Source: Plasmodiophora brassicae (lineage: Eukaryota). From it: a stretch of DNA of 64,000 bases. Shown here in pieces: positions 1 through 12,392 of the stretch (position 1 is its first letter; each line of letters opens with the position of its first letter). A model generated the notes under the pieces. The model saw only the letters and a program-made list of their open reading frames with translations. It was not told the DNA's origin and made no database searches. The position numbers were made by a program, and so were the translations under genes. The stretch is from assembly GCA_036867785.1 (NCBI GenBank), contig CP145423.1:186001-250000 (forward strand), in the 5' to 3' direction.

Positions 1-1834
1 GTTCCTCGTCGATGTTGGCACGAAACCCGACCCGACCGCTGTCTGGAAACTGTATGGCGCCGCGTTTCTGTTTCCAGTACGGGTTGGGAAGTCACGAACG
101 GTAGGTACGAGGAGATGGAGTCGGATGAGCGGATTGGCGGGTGCTGTGGGGCGATAGGAACGATTGGCAGCGTTCACGTCAATCCGTTCGTCGCCGCGCA
201 GCATTTCGAGTACATCGTGTCGACGGTGCTGGACAAGGCCATGGAGAGCGTCTTCGGGTTCATCTCTGTCCTGCCCGGTGCGTTCAGCGCCTACAGGTTT
301 GGGACCGCTGTTCATCGTTCCGCATCGTCTGACCTTGTGAAGGTATTCGGCAATCGAAGGCAAACCGCTGGCGACGTATTTCAAACTCCTTGAGTCTGAT
401 CTGGGCGACCTGGGTCCGTTCCAAGGCAACCTGTACCTGGCCGAAGATCGTATCCTGTGCTTCGAGGTCCTCGCCAAGAAGGACTGCGCCTGGAAACTGT
501 CCTACGTCAAGGGCGCGACGGCGTCCACCGATGTGCCCGACCGTCTGACGTCCCTAATCAAGCAGCGCCGCCGATGGTTGAACGGGTCACTGTTCGCCAC
601 GGTCGGCGTGCTTCATAACCTGCCCAAGTTCCTACACGAGTCATCCCACAACCTATTCCGGAAGGTGATGGTGTAGGGAGCGCCTGCACACACAAACGTT
701 GTTGCTGAACGGGGTCGACGTGCATGCAGGTCGCCATCTGTCTTCTGTTCGCGTTCTACGCTGGATCAACGGCACTATCGTGGTTCCTGATGGCTAACTT
801 CTACCTGATGTTCGTGTTTGCCAGCGACCAGGTGTCGGACCTGTTCACAGCGCTGGGCACCATGTTCTGGTGCGTGGGGACCCAGACCCTGCCCAGGCAT
901 TGATTGATTGGTTACTGGGCGTGCCCAGGTTGCTGACCATTGTCCAGCTGGTGATCGGCCTCGGGAACAAGCCCGACCAGATGGAATACATGTACTTCCT
1001 GTGTACGATCGGGTACGGCGTGTTCTTCTTCGTCACACTGGGCATGTCGATCCAGTACCTGGTCGGGCAGTCGCACGCCGTCTACCTGTCGCAGCAGCAG
1101 TACAACCTGGAATCGAAGGTCGCCGCTGTCATTACGGTCTCCGTCTACCTCGTCGGCGCCTTCCTCCACGGCGAGCTGTTCCCCGTCGTCTGCTCCATGA
1201 TCCAGTACTTCTTCATGCTACCCACCTTCCTCATCGCGTTCCCCATCTACTCCTTTTGCAACATTCGTTAGTCGACGGCATTGTTCTCCAACACAGTATC
1301 GCTGCTGACGTTGCCTGCTCAGATGACATCAGCTGGGGCACGAAAGGATGTACGTCCCAGATGACGGTACTTTGGGGAACGGGAACGCGTTAACAGCCAT
1401 CTGGTGCAGTGGAGACCGCGCAGGAGCGCGTCGTGCGGGCGACGAACCGGGCGGAACGGGAGGCGGCGGAGCGCAAAATGGAGCAGCGGCACCAGCACGT
1501 CCAGCAGACCAACACGCGGTTCCGCACGTTCCGGTCGTATCTGGTCCGTTGGGCGAACGTTCACTGCGCGCCGTGCGGACTGCGTTGTCCGGTGCTGACG
1601 TACAGTGCCGCACAGGTTATTGCGTGGGTCGGCAGCAACGTCGCGTTCATCGGCCTGGTGTCGACGTTCGGCCTGAACACGACCATGTACTTCACGGTGA
1701 CGTTCTACGTGTTCGGCTTCTTCAACGTGTTCCGGTTCGTCTTCAGCCTGATCTACATTGTTAAGTACCGGCTCGTGCAGTGCTGCCGCCGCCGTCGCCT
1801 GCCCGCCCACGATGCCGCCAGGCTGTCGGCATAG
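1..1834 (+). CDS. CHS: Chitin synthase (GT2), 5'-truncated by the window edge, multi-exon
   Basis: Spliced translation shows [13 protein letters not shown]...[34 protein letters not shown] (~433-465), [11 protein letters not shown] (~560-592), several TM segments and DDISWGTKG (~1322-1348). Stop TAG at 1832-1834. Confidence 0.93.
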
Positions 1835-2321
1835 ACGCCGTGTGTCTGATGAAACGTGTATATGAGCTATGCGCTGCCGGGATGTATTCGTGATTAGTCA
1901 TCGGCAGAGGTACAGTCCCGCATGTGGTTCCGTTTCGGCGACGTCACCAGGCTGAAACAACGCGGCCGATGGTCATCCGTCCGTGTCAGGTTGACGACGA
2001 CGACGATGGCGTCGTCCGCCTGGAAGTGGTTCAGGTCGACGCGATCGTGGTGCCCGGGCACGGCCGCGATCACGAACCGGCACTCGCCGCACGACAGGTT
2101 CGTCCAGGCCGCCCGGTGCGTGCGCGGGCGCACGTACCCCGACCTGGCGCGCGGATCGTTAGGAAACAGTGCACGCGACCTGGAAGCGACACCGCATACA
2201 CAACGAGGTTGTCGACTCGGCACCGCGACATGACCAGGTCGCCAATGCTCCATCGCCGCCACTGAAGCCGGGCCAAGTCCAAGCCTGTTGCACAATGAGC
2301 GTTGCGTTCGGGGATACTACA
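1652..2321. repeat. Direct duplication copy A (chitin synthase 3' end + 3' exons of the opposite-strand kinase gene)
   Basis: Near-identical to 3583-4176 (e.g. ggcctggtgtcgac...gttctacgtgttcggcttcttcaacgtgttccgg; gacgccgtgtgtctgatgaaacg; to ...gttgcgttcgggg..tactaca). Confidence 0.93.
1894..2290 (-). pseudogene. Orphan duplicated 3' exons of the large kinase gene (no upstream exons)
   Basis: Encodes GLDLARLQW.../SGYVRPRTHRAAWTNLSCGEC...SADD*, matching the terminal exons at 3747-4140. The duplication stops inside an intron. Confidence 0.75.
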
Positions 2322-2532
2322 GTAGGTCACTGGGAGAGCCCCCCTGGATAAATGATCCACAACCAGGCGAAGCGACCTGCTCATTGCGTCTTCGATACTC
2401 AAGCGTGTGTGTGTGTATATAGACTAAAAGTTCCATATTATCCCTGAATGAAAGAGGGGCCCGTCAGTTTTATTGGGTAAAACGACAACTTCGTCTGAGT
2501 ACGGCACATAAAACGGAGGTGCACGTACGTCA

Positions 2533-3384
2533 TTAAGTACGTCTCTCCTTGTCTGAGCGGGGTGCCGCACCGTCGCCCGATACAGTACCGATGGGTCTCT
2601 TGGCTGTGATCCCCTGCGTCGCAGGACGGGATGAGCCAAAGATACGGGATGCAGCCAGAACTCGATGCGGATCCGCCGGAGAGGAGGGATCGATAGACGC
2701 AGCACTCGCCGGACGTCGCTTTGAGGCTGACGCCATCGTTGTTGTAGTTACGTTGGCCGCTGAACAGTCCACAATCGTGCAGATGTGATCGACGACGCGT
2801 TCGAGATGTAGGTTTCGGAAGCAATGTCCGACGTTGGAGCCGGAGAGTATCAGAACCATCCCCGCATTAACAACCTTGGTAGGATGCGCGAACGACCAAA
2901 TGAAACGTGATCGCCCGTCCTTGCAGATCCAGATCGGCTTTAACGGCTTTTTAGTCTGGACCCATGGGCGGATCGTCTCAGGCACCCGACCCTGCTTAAT
3001 GCTGTTTACGAGCCCGCCAGCATCCTTGATAATTTTCATCAGATCCACGTTCGCAATTGCGTACGCAAAGATATCGGGAACCTGGTATTCTCGCCACATA
3101 CACTCTAACGTGAGGGTTGACTTCTTCCAAGAGGATGCATACACGTGATGCAGGTTGTAGGTGACCCCATCCGCCAGGTTAACCATCATGTTCGTCACAC
3201 GCATCGCCAGTGGGCACCTGAAGACCGTCAAGTTGGCTGCGTTCAGAACGCGATTGGCATGCTCGGCTTCTCCATGAGTCATCACAGGCGAGGTCAGAGC
3301 GTTCGTCGGAAACACTGGAGGATAGACGGCAAGCGCACATCGTGAGATGCAAACTGCAAGCAGGATCGCAGATAGCACTGTCAT
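2533..3384 (-). CDS. Intronless predicted secreted protein (283 aa), candidate effector
   Basis: ATG at 3384: MTVLSAILLAVCISRCALA-VYPP looks like a signal peptide. A globular-looking middle is followed by a low-complexity S/A/R/P tail. No family recognised. Confidence 0.65.
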   Translation of the reverse strand: MTVLSAILLAVCISRCALAVYPPVFPTNALTSPVMTHGEAEHANRVLNAANLTVFRCPLAMRVTNMMVNLADGVTYNLHHVYASSWKKSTLTLECMWREYQVPDIFAYAIANVDLMKIIKDAGGLVNSIKQGRVPETIRPWVQTKKPLKPIWICKDGRSRFIWSFAHPTKVVNAGMVLILSGSNVGHCFRNLHLERVVDHICTIVDCSAANVTTTTMASASKRRPASAASIDPSSPADPHRVLAASRIFGSSRPATQGITAKRPIGTVSGDGAAPRSDKERRT

Positions 3385-3582
3385 CGCTGACGAGCAAGGT
3401 TCAAGTACAAGAGTCGCCTGCGCTCGACAACGTCGCCTACAGAGGAGGAATGACGAGCGGATGCCGCAGCTACAGCCGCGCAGTTCCGTGTCGAGAGGCG
3501 AGAGCAGACACTGGAGAAAAAGGGGGGCCAACCAAGGCGCGAGACTCACGGACCGTCGTCCGACCGCCGCTCCGCCTGGCTG

Positions 3583-4176
3583 GGCCTGGTGTCGACATTC
3601 GACCGGAACACGACCATGTACTCCACGGTGACGTTCTACGTGTTCGGCTTCTTCAACGTGTTCCGGTCCGTCTCCAGGTCGGCATAGACGCCGTGTGTCT
3701 GATGAAACGTTTATATGAGCTATGCGCTGCCGGGATGTATTCGTGATTAGTCTTCGGCAGAGGTACAGTCCCGCGTGTGGTTCCGTTTCGGCGACGTCAC
3801 CAGGCTGAAACAACGCGGCCGATGGTCATCCGTCCGTGTCAGGTTGACGACGACGGCGATGGCGTCGTCCGTCTGGAAGTGGTTCAGGTCGACGCGATCG
3901 TGGTGCCCGGGCACGGCCGCGAACACGAACCGGCACTCGCCGCACGACAGGTTCGTCCAGGCCGCCCGGTGCGTGCGCGGGCGCACGTACCCCGACCTGG
4001 CGCGCGGATCGTTAGGAAACAGTGCACGCGACCTGGAAGCGACACCGCATACACGACGAGGTTGTCGAGTCGGCACCGCGACATGACCAGGTCGCCAATG
4101 CTCCATTGCCGCCACTGTAGCCGGGCCAGGTCCAGGCCTGTTGCACAATGAGCGTTGCGTTCGGGGGCGTACTACA
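3583..4176. repeat. Direct duplication copy B (degenerate chitin synthase 3' fragment with ~78 bp deletion + functional kinase 3' exons)
   Basis: Matches 1652-2321 but lacks the segment corresponding to ~1747-1824. Confidence 0.93.
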
Positions 4177-7100
4177 AGACGACGACTCCTGACCGTAAAG
4201 ATTCCGGGTCCGACGAATAGCGCCCCAGCAGGATACGGACGGGCAGTTGATGTCGTCGGTCTCCTGCAAGCAACGATACTAAACGGGACGCACGACGTGC
4301 TTTGGGGCGCACGCGTGCGTACCTCGCAAGCGCACGGCGTCACCTTCGTATCCGTCTGGACCTGCGACGCCATCTTGATGATCGACATCGCGCACAGGCA
4401 GCTGAACTGGTTGTGGGACGAGGCACCTGTGGCCACGCGGGCGGTTATGACACACACACACGACGTCATGCAGTGACCGGTCCCCGGCGGTTACCGTGGA
4501 AGATGGCGCCAATGGTCTGCTTGGCCCAGCACTGGACGGCGCGGACGATGGTCTCCTCGACGGCGCCGATGATCCCGCGTTGCTTCAGCGTCAGGACCGC
4601 CTCGAGCAGCGAGATGCGGTACGTCACCATCAGGAAGACGAGCACCATGACGACCGGGCCGTTCCGGTCGCGCCCGACGATCACGACGCGGTCGCCGTCG
4701 GCGATGCAGCGCTGCATGGCGATCGCGCACGGGTGCACCGACGCCCGGATCCAGGCGGCCAGGTCGACGACCAGGCGCACGTCGGCGGCGTCGCCGGCGA
4801 ACCGCCCGATCGCGCCCAGGCGCCCCGCGTACTTGCCGGACAGGAGCACGAGGCAGCCGGCCGCCACTGTAGCAGTCGCCGCGGGCATTGTCGCAGTCGG
4901 CCCGGCGCCGCAGTGCACGACGCGGCTGAACCCGAGGCGCTGCACGATCGGGACGGCGCGCGCCGGCACGTCGGCGTCGACGACGACGGAGCACATGGAC
5001 GTGACGCGGTGCATCGAGGAGCGCACCGCCGACGGCAGCAGGGCGCGTTCCGGGTGCGTGTCGGCGAGCGCGTCGAACGCCGCCCAGCACGGCGGCGCTG
5101 TGTCGGCGCCCTGCTGCGCGAACGGGGCGACAACGACGGCGGCGGGCGGCGTCGCGCCCGGCGGCAGGCGCTGCGAGGCGGCCGCCGCCGCCGTGATGAT
5201 GTCGTCGAGCGGGTCCCGGTTCGGTGATCGCGTCGACCGCGCCGACGACGAGACGGACACGGAGCGCCGCCTGTACTTCCAGGCGGCGGCGGCGGCGGCG
5301 GCGCCCGCTGGGGCGACCCTGCCCCGGCGGAAGAAGAGCGGTAAGCGTATGGCGGCCGCCTGCTTCTCGTTCTGCAGTGTCTCCGCCTTGACGTGGTGCA
5401 GGCGGGACCGCAGCGCGTGGTACATGGCGATGACCTTCTGGATGGGCGGGCGCCGCGCCACCGAGCGCACCAGGACGCTGCCGAGGAAGTCGGCGATCGT
5501 CTCGCCGACGCCCTCGCCGAACATGCTGGCCAGCGTGAACTTGTTCTTGTGCGAGATGATCGGCTGCGACCGCGAGATGACCTGGAAGAAGATCGGCATG
5601 CCCTGGCGGTCCTCGAACATGAACTCGCCGGTCAGCAGCTCGAACAGCAGGCAGCCGATCGCCCAGATGTCCGCCCCGGTCGACACGACCTGGCGCTCCA
5701 TCGCGGCCGACCGGGGCGTCGACGACGCGCGCCGTCGCTGGTCGGGCGAGTTCGGGTCGGACAGCGACAGGATCTCGGGCGACTGGATGTTCTCGGTGCC
5801 GCGCCCGACCAGCGACTGGCCCGACTCGCCCAGCGACGGGTTCCACATGAGCGACTCGCCAAAGTCGGCCAGGCACACGTCGCACTCGTCCATCATGTTG
5901 GCCAGGGCGGCGACGGGGACGCCCCCGCCGGCGCGCTTCCCGCGTATCAGCACGTTGTCGCACTTCAGGTCGAAGTGGATGCAGTGGTTGTCGTGCAGGT
6001 CCTGGACGGCGACCAGCACGCGATGGTAAATGTCCAGGCAGGCGTCCAGCAGCTCGAACGTCTTGCCCAGGCCCATCCCCTTGGTCGGCGTGGGCGCCTC
6101 GCCCCGGTACAGCGACAGGCGCCACTGGCGCAGGCTCATGGCGTACAGGTCCATGACGACCTGGTAGCCGTCGTCGGTGACGGCGTAGTCGAGCACGTGC
6201 GTCACGTTCGGCCGGTGCCGGAAGCGCTCCAGGATCGTGATCTCGCTGAACAGGTCGGGGACGACCTGGTAGTCGTGGTACGTGGCGGGCACGTCGACGA
6301 CCTTGACGGCGCAGGGCTCCTGGCGGCCCTCGACCCGGCTGGACAGCACCTCGCCGAAGCGCCCCTTGGCGATACGTACCCGGTGCTCCAGCAGCGCCGT
6401 GTGTGCCGACGCCAGCGACAGCAGGCGCACGAGGCGGTGCGCCGACTCGCTGGAGGCGACCTCGAGGCGCTCCAGGTCGGCCAGCGCCTTGCGGTTCGCC
6501 GGGTTGTTCACGTGCTGGTGGACGATGAACGGCAGGTTGAGCTGGTGCGGCAGGTGCGACGTCGGCGTGCGATGGCACAGGCGCGGGCTGAGCGCCATCC
6601 CGTTCCGGTCGACCATCAGGCGCAGCAGCAGGCGCAGCATGGCCAGGTGCAGGGCGCGGTCGGCGTACAGGCGGCGGCGCAGGCGCTGCTGGAAGTACCG
6701 CTCCTGGATGTGCACCGGGCCCGTGCTGCTGGCGATCGACCCGGTGCGGACGCGCGCCGCCGACGACTTCGAGTTCAGCGACTTGGACTTGAGCGACGCC
6801 GCCGTCTTGGACGACGACAGCGCCTTGCCCGAGAACTTGGACGCCGGGTCGGACCCCAGGCCGCGCACCAGGTTGGCCAGCGCGGTCGACTCGGCGCTGC
6901 TGCGCCCGAGCGAGCTGCGCCCGAGCGACATCAACGGGTTCGATATGCGCCGGAACACCTTGCCGATGATCGTGCCGTCGTCATCGACGGCCTCGTCGCT
7001 CGCCGACGACGCGTCGTCGCTGTCGGTGGCGTCGTCGTCGTCGTCGTAGCTGGCGTGGACGGCCGACTCCGCGTTGTTGTTGCAGCCGCCGCCGCCGTCC

Positions 7101-10100
7101 TTGTCGTCCTTGAAGCTGCGCGACGAGCGCTTCGACGACCGCGCCAGGCGCTTCGCCTCGGCCTCCTGGCGCACGCGCTGCTCGATGTACTCGGTGTTCG
7201 TGCTCGTCGCCGTCTGCACCGAGTTGCGCTTCAGGTGCAGGCGCGGGACGACGGTGATCGTGGCGCGCGGCTCGTCGTCGTTGTCGTCGTCGGCGCGCGA
7301 TGACGGCTCCGGCACGAGGTTCGGCGGCGGCGCCGGCGCGTCCGCCAGGTCCAGCGCCATCCGGGTGCCCGTCGGCAGCGAGATCGCGGCGACGCGAGGC
7401 GATTCCGGCTCCGGCTTGGGCGACGGCGGCGACGCTTCGGTGAAGTTGCTGACGGCGCAGCAGGACATGGCCAGGGACGACAGGCGCCGCCGGTGGATGT
7501 ACCGCAGCGTGATGTGCGGCTGCAGGCGCGCCTCGAACTCGAGGCAGAACTCGTACGCGAGGAACACGGCGACCTGCAGGTCGTGCAGGCGGGCCAGCGC
7601 CGTCAGCGACCGCGTCTCGGCCAGCGACCGCAGCAGGTCGACGTGCAGGGAGCACACGCGCAGCGCGCTGCTCTGGTCGCCGTCGCCGTCGCCGTCGCGG
7701 CAGTACAGGCGCACGAAGCGCAGGACGTGGAACGTGACCTGGGCCGGGTGCGACGACGACCCGGCGGCGGGCTCCATGAGCGCGTGCGCCGCCGTCAACG
7801 TGCCGACGATCTTGGTCAGGAGCGGCAGGTCGCGGGCGCTGTCGGTCAGCGCCCGCATCCACCGGTACAGGAGCCCGTTCGGGTACGCGTACAGGGCACG
7901 CGTCGCCGCGTAGATGTTGGCGACGCGCCGGGCCATGGCTCGCATGCGCCGGCTGAGCGCGGGCAGGGCGCGCAGCAGCGCGAGGACGGCGTCGACCAGG
8001 TCGGCGCAGGCGTCGTCGGATGCGGTGGGCGCGAGGCCCGCGACAACGTCCAGGCGCTTGCCGTTCTTGATCAGGTCGGTGTAGAGCGCGGCGTCGATGG
8101 ACGGGCGGTCGCTGTCGCGGATCACGGTCGCCCACAGGCGCAGCAGCGGTGCGATCAGCGCGAGCGCCTCCGAGGACGCGACGCGCCCGACGCACCCGGC
8201 CGACGCCTTGTCGAACAGCGCCATCGTCAGCGGCAGCAGCGTGTGGTACGGGACGGCGCCGGCGCGGCTCTCGACGTAGGCGACGCCGAGGCGCAGCAGC
8301 TTGCTGGACGGGTGCGTCGCCGTCACGTACTCGTGCGCGAGCGCGTCGAAGAAGGCGGCGGACGATCGCGACTCGCACGCGGTCACCAGGGCGACGAACG
8401 CGTGGTGCGATGCGCTGTCGGGCGTGACGACGTGGTCGGCGACGTGCAGCAGGGTGCGGGCGGGGATCGGGCACGGCACCTGCTCCGGGAGCCCGATCAG
8501 CAGGTGGCCCAGCAGCGTCATGGTCAGGACGGGCGGCGACGTCGCCACCGCCGCCGCCGCCGCCGCCGTCGCCGATGGGCGCCGGCTCGCCATCGACGAC
8601 GTCGTGATCGTGGTGCGTAACGGGCGCAACGATGGGGTGCGTTGCTGCTCCGCCTGGCGATAGTCGCGAAGGTGCCGCAGCAGCGGGCCGAGCTCGTTCA
8701 GCACCAGGTCCTGGCCCATCTGGAAGAACAGGCCGTCGTCGTTGAGCGGTTCGACGCCCGCCGGCGCGTCGTCCGACGACTCTGGGTGCGGGGACGCCGC
8801 CGGCGACGACCTGATCGAGGGCAGGTTCAGGCGCGGGATTAGGTTGGACGGCGCGTCGTGACGATCGGGGTCCTCGGCGGGACGGGGCGCGGCCATACGT
8901 GCCAGCTGCCGGAGCAGGCGCTGGATGCCGTGCTGTTCGACGGTGGCGCGTGCCGCCGTCGGCGACCGGCAGACGAGCGCCCACAGGAACGTGATGAGCG
9001 CGAGGGACGCCGGTGCGTCCTCGAACTGGCGCAGCGCCATCGTGACGATGGCGCGTGACGCACCGGCGTCGTCGTCGGCCATGGCGACGAGCGCGTCGAC
9101 GACCTTCCCGAACACCGCGTCGCTGGTCGGGCGCGCGACGCCGGCAAGGGCGCGCAGCAGCACGGGTGCGGCGCCGCGCTCGAACCAGACGCGGGGCGGG
9201 GCACGCACCCAGACCTTCCAGATCGCACCGAACAGCTCCGCGCGCTGCCGCGACGACCGGCAGTGGTTGAACCCGTCGACGGCGCTGTCGACGAACGCGA
9301 CATCCAGGGACGGCGTGGGCGCGCACGCACCTGGTGCGGAGGGCGTAGCACGCGCCCAGCTCCAGACGACGTCCAACGGGACCGCACGCGGTACTGACCA
9401 GCGAGGTGCGACCAGGCGCGTACGCACCAGCCGGCCGGGCACCGGCACGGGCGCGTCAATCACGTGCCGGGCGAGGTCGACGTCCACGGTGAACGTCACG
9501 CGGGTGCCGGTCAGCACGCTGACGCGCTTCGCGAACGCGGTGTCGGTGGTGAACGCGCGGAACAGGGCCGTGCGCAGGTCGCCCGGCGTCAGCACGATCG
9601 GGTGCGCGAGCAGCGCCGCCCGGATGGCGCGATCGTCGCTGGCGGGGGCGTCGACGAAGAACGGCGTCTGGACGACCGCCTTGACGAGCGTGCGCAGCTT
9701 CGGCAGGAAGCGGTGCAGGGTGCGGTACAGGAACGCGCGTCGCTGGCGGCTCTCGACGCGCGCCACGACCTGCCTGCCCTTGGGGTTAGCGAGGACGCGC
9801 ACGGCGACGCCGGTCGGGATGTGGATGCAGGCGCTGGCGATCTTGACGGCGACGAACACGGCGCGGGGCACGTCGATGGGGCCGCGCTCGACCCAGATCG
9901 TGCAGGACCCGGTCGTCATCGTCGTCATGGCACGGGACACCTCGTCGACATCGACCAGGGCGGCCTGGACGGCGGGCCGGCGCGCCCCGAGGTCCAGCTC
10001 GACGTTGTCGACAATGGTCAGCGTGCTGAGCCCGTACTCGTCCAGGCGGTACGTGGGCGCCCACGGCGGCGCCGGCGCCGCTTCCGACAGATCCAGCGTC

Positions 10101-10102
10101 AT
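3747..10102 (-). CDS. Large Ser/Thr protein kinase with ARM-like N-terminus, DSP-like pseudophosphatase and Cys-rich C-terminus (5' end uncertain)
   Basis: Kinase motifs IAKGRFGEV, CAVKVV, IHFDLKCDNVL, LADFGES, GTENIQSPE and ADIWAIG lie in a ~5.6 kb exon. Four short GT-AG introns join further exons (GASSHNQFSCLC, ETDDINCPSVSC, GLDLARLQW, SGYVRPR...SCGEC) to the stop at 3747. Confidence 0.85.
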
Positions 10103-10392
10103 GCACCGAACGCGTACCTGGCAATCATGATGGCGCCCTGGTCCGTCACAGACCGTAGGTGCACCCCCGCTAATAGTGGCCGGCACGTGCGGCACCCTGC
10201 GCATTGGCACGCGCTGACGAGGTGGCGCACCCGGCGGCGTGCGCTGCGTAAAGGCCGCCGGTTCGAGTCTGGCCACGGAAGCCCTTAGAAATTCCGACCG
10301 CTCCGAGTCCACTGCATCGGAATGATACTCGCTTCCAACATTCTCTTTGCCGAATGGGGCAAACAGGTCGTGGCGGGGCGCGCGACAGAGGT

Positions 10393-12234
10393 TTAATCGA
10401 AGCGGCAGATCGGGTTGTCCCGGCACATGCGCAGGTCGACCTTGTGCCCGAACAGGTCGCGAATGTTCGACACGCCGTACTTGATCATGGTCGGGCGCTC
10501 CAGGGACAGGCCCCAGGCGATCACGTTGACGCCGTCCGGTAGGCCCATGGGCAGGAGCATCTCGGGGCGGAACACGCCCGAGTTGCCGACCTCCATCCAC
10601 TTGCCAAGCTCTGGCGAATACCTGACGCACTGGATTAGGGCGACCTACAGGAGCGACGTCGTACGCGCGTACCCGAAGATCTCCATGCTTGGTTCGGTGT
10701 ACGGATTGTACGCCGGCTTGAACTTGACATCGCTGATGCCGATCCGCTTGAAGAAGGTGGCAATGACGCCGATCAGGTCGCCGAGCGTCAGACCATAGTC
10801 GGCGACGAGGCCTTCGACCTGGTGGAATTCGGCCAGATGTGTCGCGTCGACCGTCTCGTTTCGGAACACGCGGTCAATGGAGAAGTATCGTCGAGGCTGG
10901 AACTCCTTGCGCTGGCATCTCAAGAGGATTAAACTAACGATGTTGCGTTGGGAGCCGGTCGCCTACCTGCGCTAGCTGATAGAGCATCTTGGATGAGATG
11001 GCGGTCGTGTGAGTTCGCAGGAGATTCTTGTGCGCCTCGTCAATCGACCATGGGTAACGCCACCCGATGGACCCGGTCGTGCCGCCGTTCTCGTGCGTCC
11101 GCCGGACGCGCTCCACGTAATCTGCAGGCAGCGACTTCGTCCGGGCTGGGTCTACACGAAGCAACGATGGGGGCAACGTCGCAACGCAACGATTATCGCG
11201 GCGTACGTGTAACGAAGAAGGTGTCATGAGCATCACGTGCAGGGTGCTGTTGTGGCTGAAACAGCGCATCAAAGTTCCAGAAGGAACTTTCCACGAACTG
11301 ATTGGTCGGCATTTCTTCGAACCTGTGCCCGCGCTCTCAGTGACAAGCGGTACTACGCGAGCCCACATAGTCACTGACCCCATCTCGAGCAGGATCGATC
11401 TGAACTGGGCGCGGACCTTCATCAGCGGGTGCAACGCCCCATGAGGAATCGGTCTCCCCTTGGCCTTGTAGTTGTAGGCCTTGAACTGTGCCGTCTTCCA
11501 CGACTGCGACTGGAGCATTTCGGCGGTCAGGTCGGTCGCCAGCTGTCTACGCTCCAGGGCAAACTCGGCGCCCCTTGTTAACGAGTACCGTTTGATCGAA
11601 CTGCCGACAACGCTGAGAAGAGGCATTCGTCATTGCAGCGCAAACGCCTACATCGTCTGCACCATTTTCCGCTTCTTCAGAGCCTTCAGTTCAGCGTCGG
11701 GTACGGTACACGACCCATCACGAATGGCGCACAGCGTCGCACGAACGTCATCGGTGATGGAGTTGACAAGCCGAACCAGCTGTCCGCTTTTCTCTACGCG
11801 CAACGTTATTGGCCTGCGATGTGCGGTCGTAACGTGTTAAGCCTACCAGGCTTGATCCACTTGAGACGAATTGCCTGGGACATGCCGATCGAGCCCATGT
11901 CTTTACCCAGGCGTTGCAGGAGAGCGTCCCTGGTCGTCGATCCGTCGGCACTGACAGCGTTGTACACTTGCGCTTCAGGCGACCCCGCCTTGGCGTACAG
12001 TTCGCCTTCTTCCGTCAGCTTGGGGACGTCCTCATTCGTCACCGAGAACGCAACCATGTTCGCCGTGCTGAGGCTGAGGATCACGCCGACGACGTCGAGG
12101 TGCGCCCATCCGTTCTCATGCGAAAACTGCAGCGAGTCGGCAATTGTCCCGGTCGCCTGCAGCGTCTTCAATATCCGGCGCTCAATCGCCTGTTTCGCGT
12201 CGTCATTCGGCGCGCTGCCTGCCGCCATCGTCAT
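10393..12234 (-). CDS. FARSA: Phenylalanyl-tRNA synthetase alpha subunit, cytosolic, multi-exon
   Basis: [88 protein letters not shown]. Confidence 0.96.
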
Positions 12235-12392
12235 CGCAACCGCTCTGCAGAGCGTCGCCCGGTAGTCCGTCGCGGACTCCGCGATCCGTTTCACATCGCG
12301 TTGCTGACGTTTGCGCATCCGTAACTCTCTGTGATCGGATGTGTATTGACGATCGGTGTCGATGTGTCTGACCTACGTTGCGCGTCGGGGCG

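Noticed and set aside
3385-3813. First ~140 aa of the 426-aa ORF 2533-3813
   Set aside because: It runs through the antisense of the duplicated CHS fragment. The signal-peptide ATG at 3384 is the plausible start.
4302-10288. Many long overlapping ORFs (575, 695, 636, 781 and 401 aa) on both strands
   Set aside because: Shadow ORFs of a very GC-rich kinase exon. They are Arg/Ala/Gly-rich and have no motifs.
10103-10630. N-terminal extension of the 2054-aa ORF
   Set aside because: It overlaps the last FARSA exon in another frame and the intergenic gap, so it is probably read-through of stop-poor DNA. A short real upstream exon cannot be excluded.
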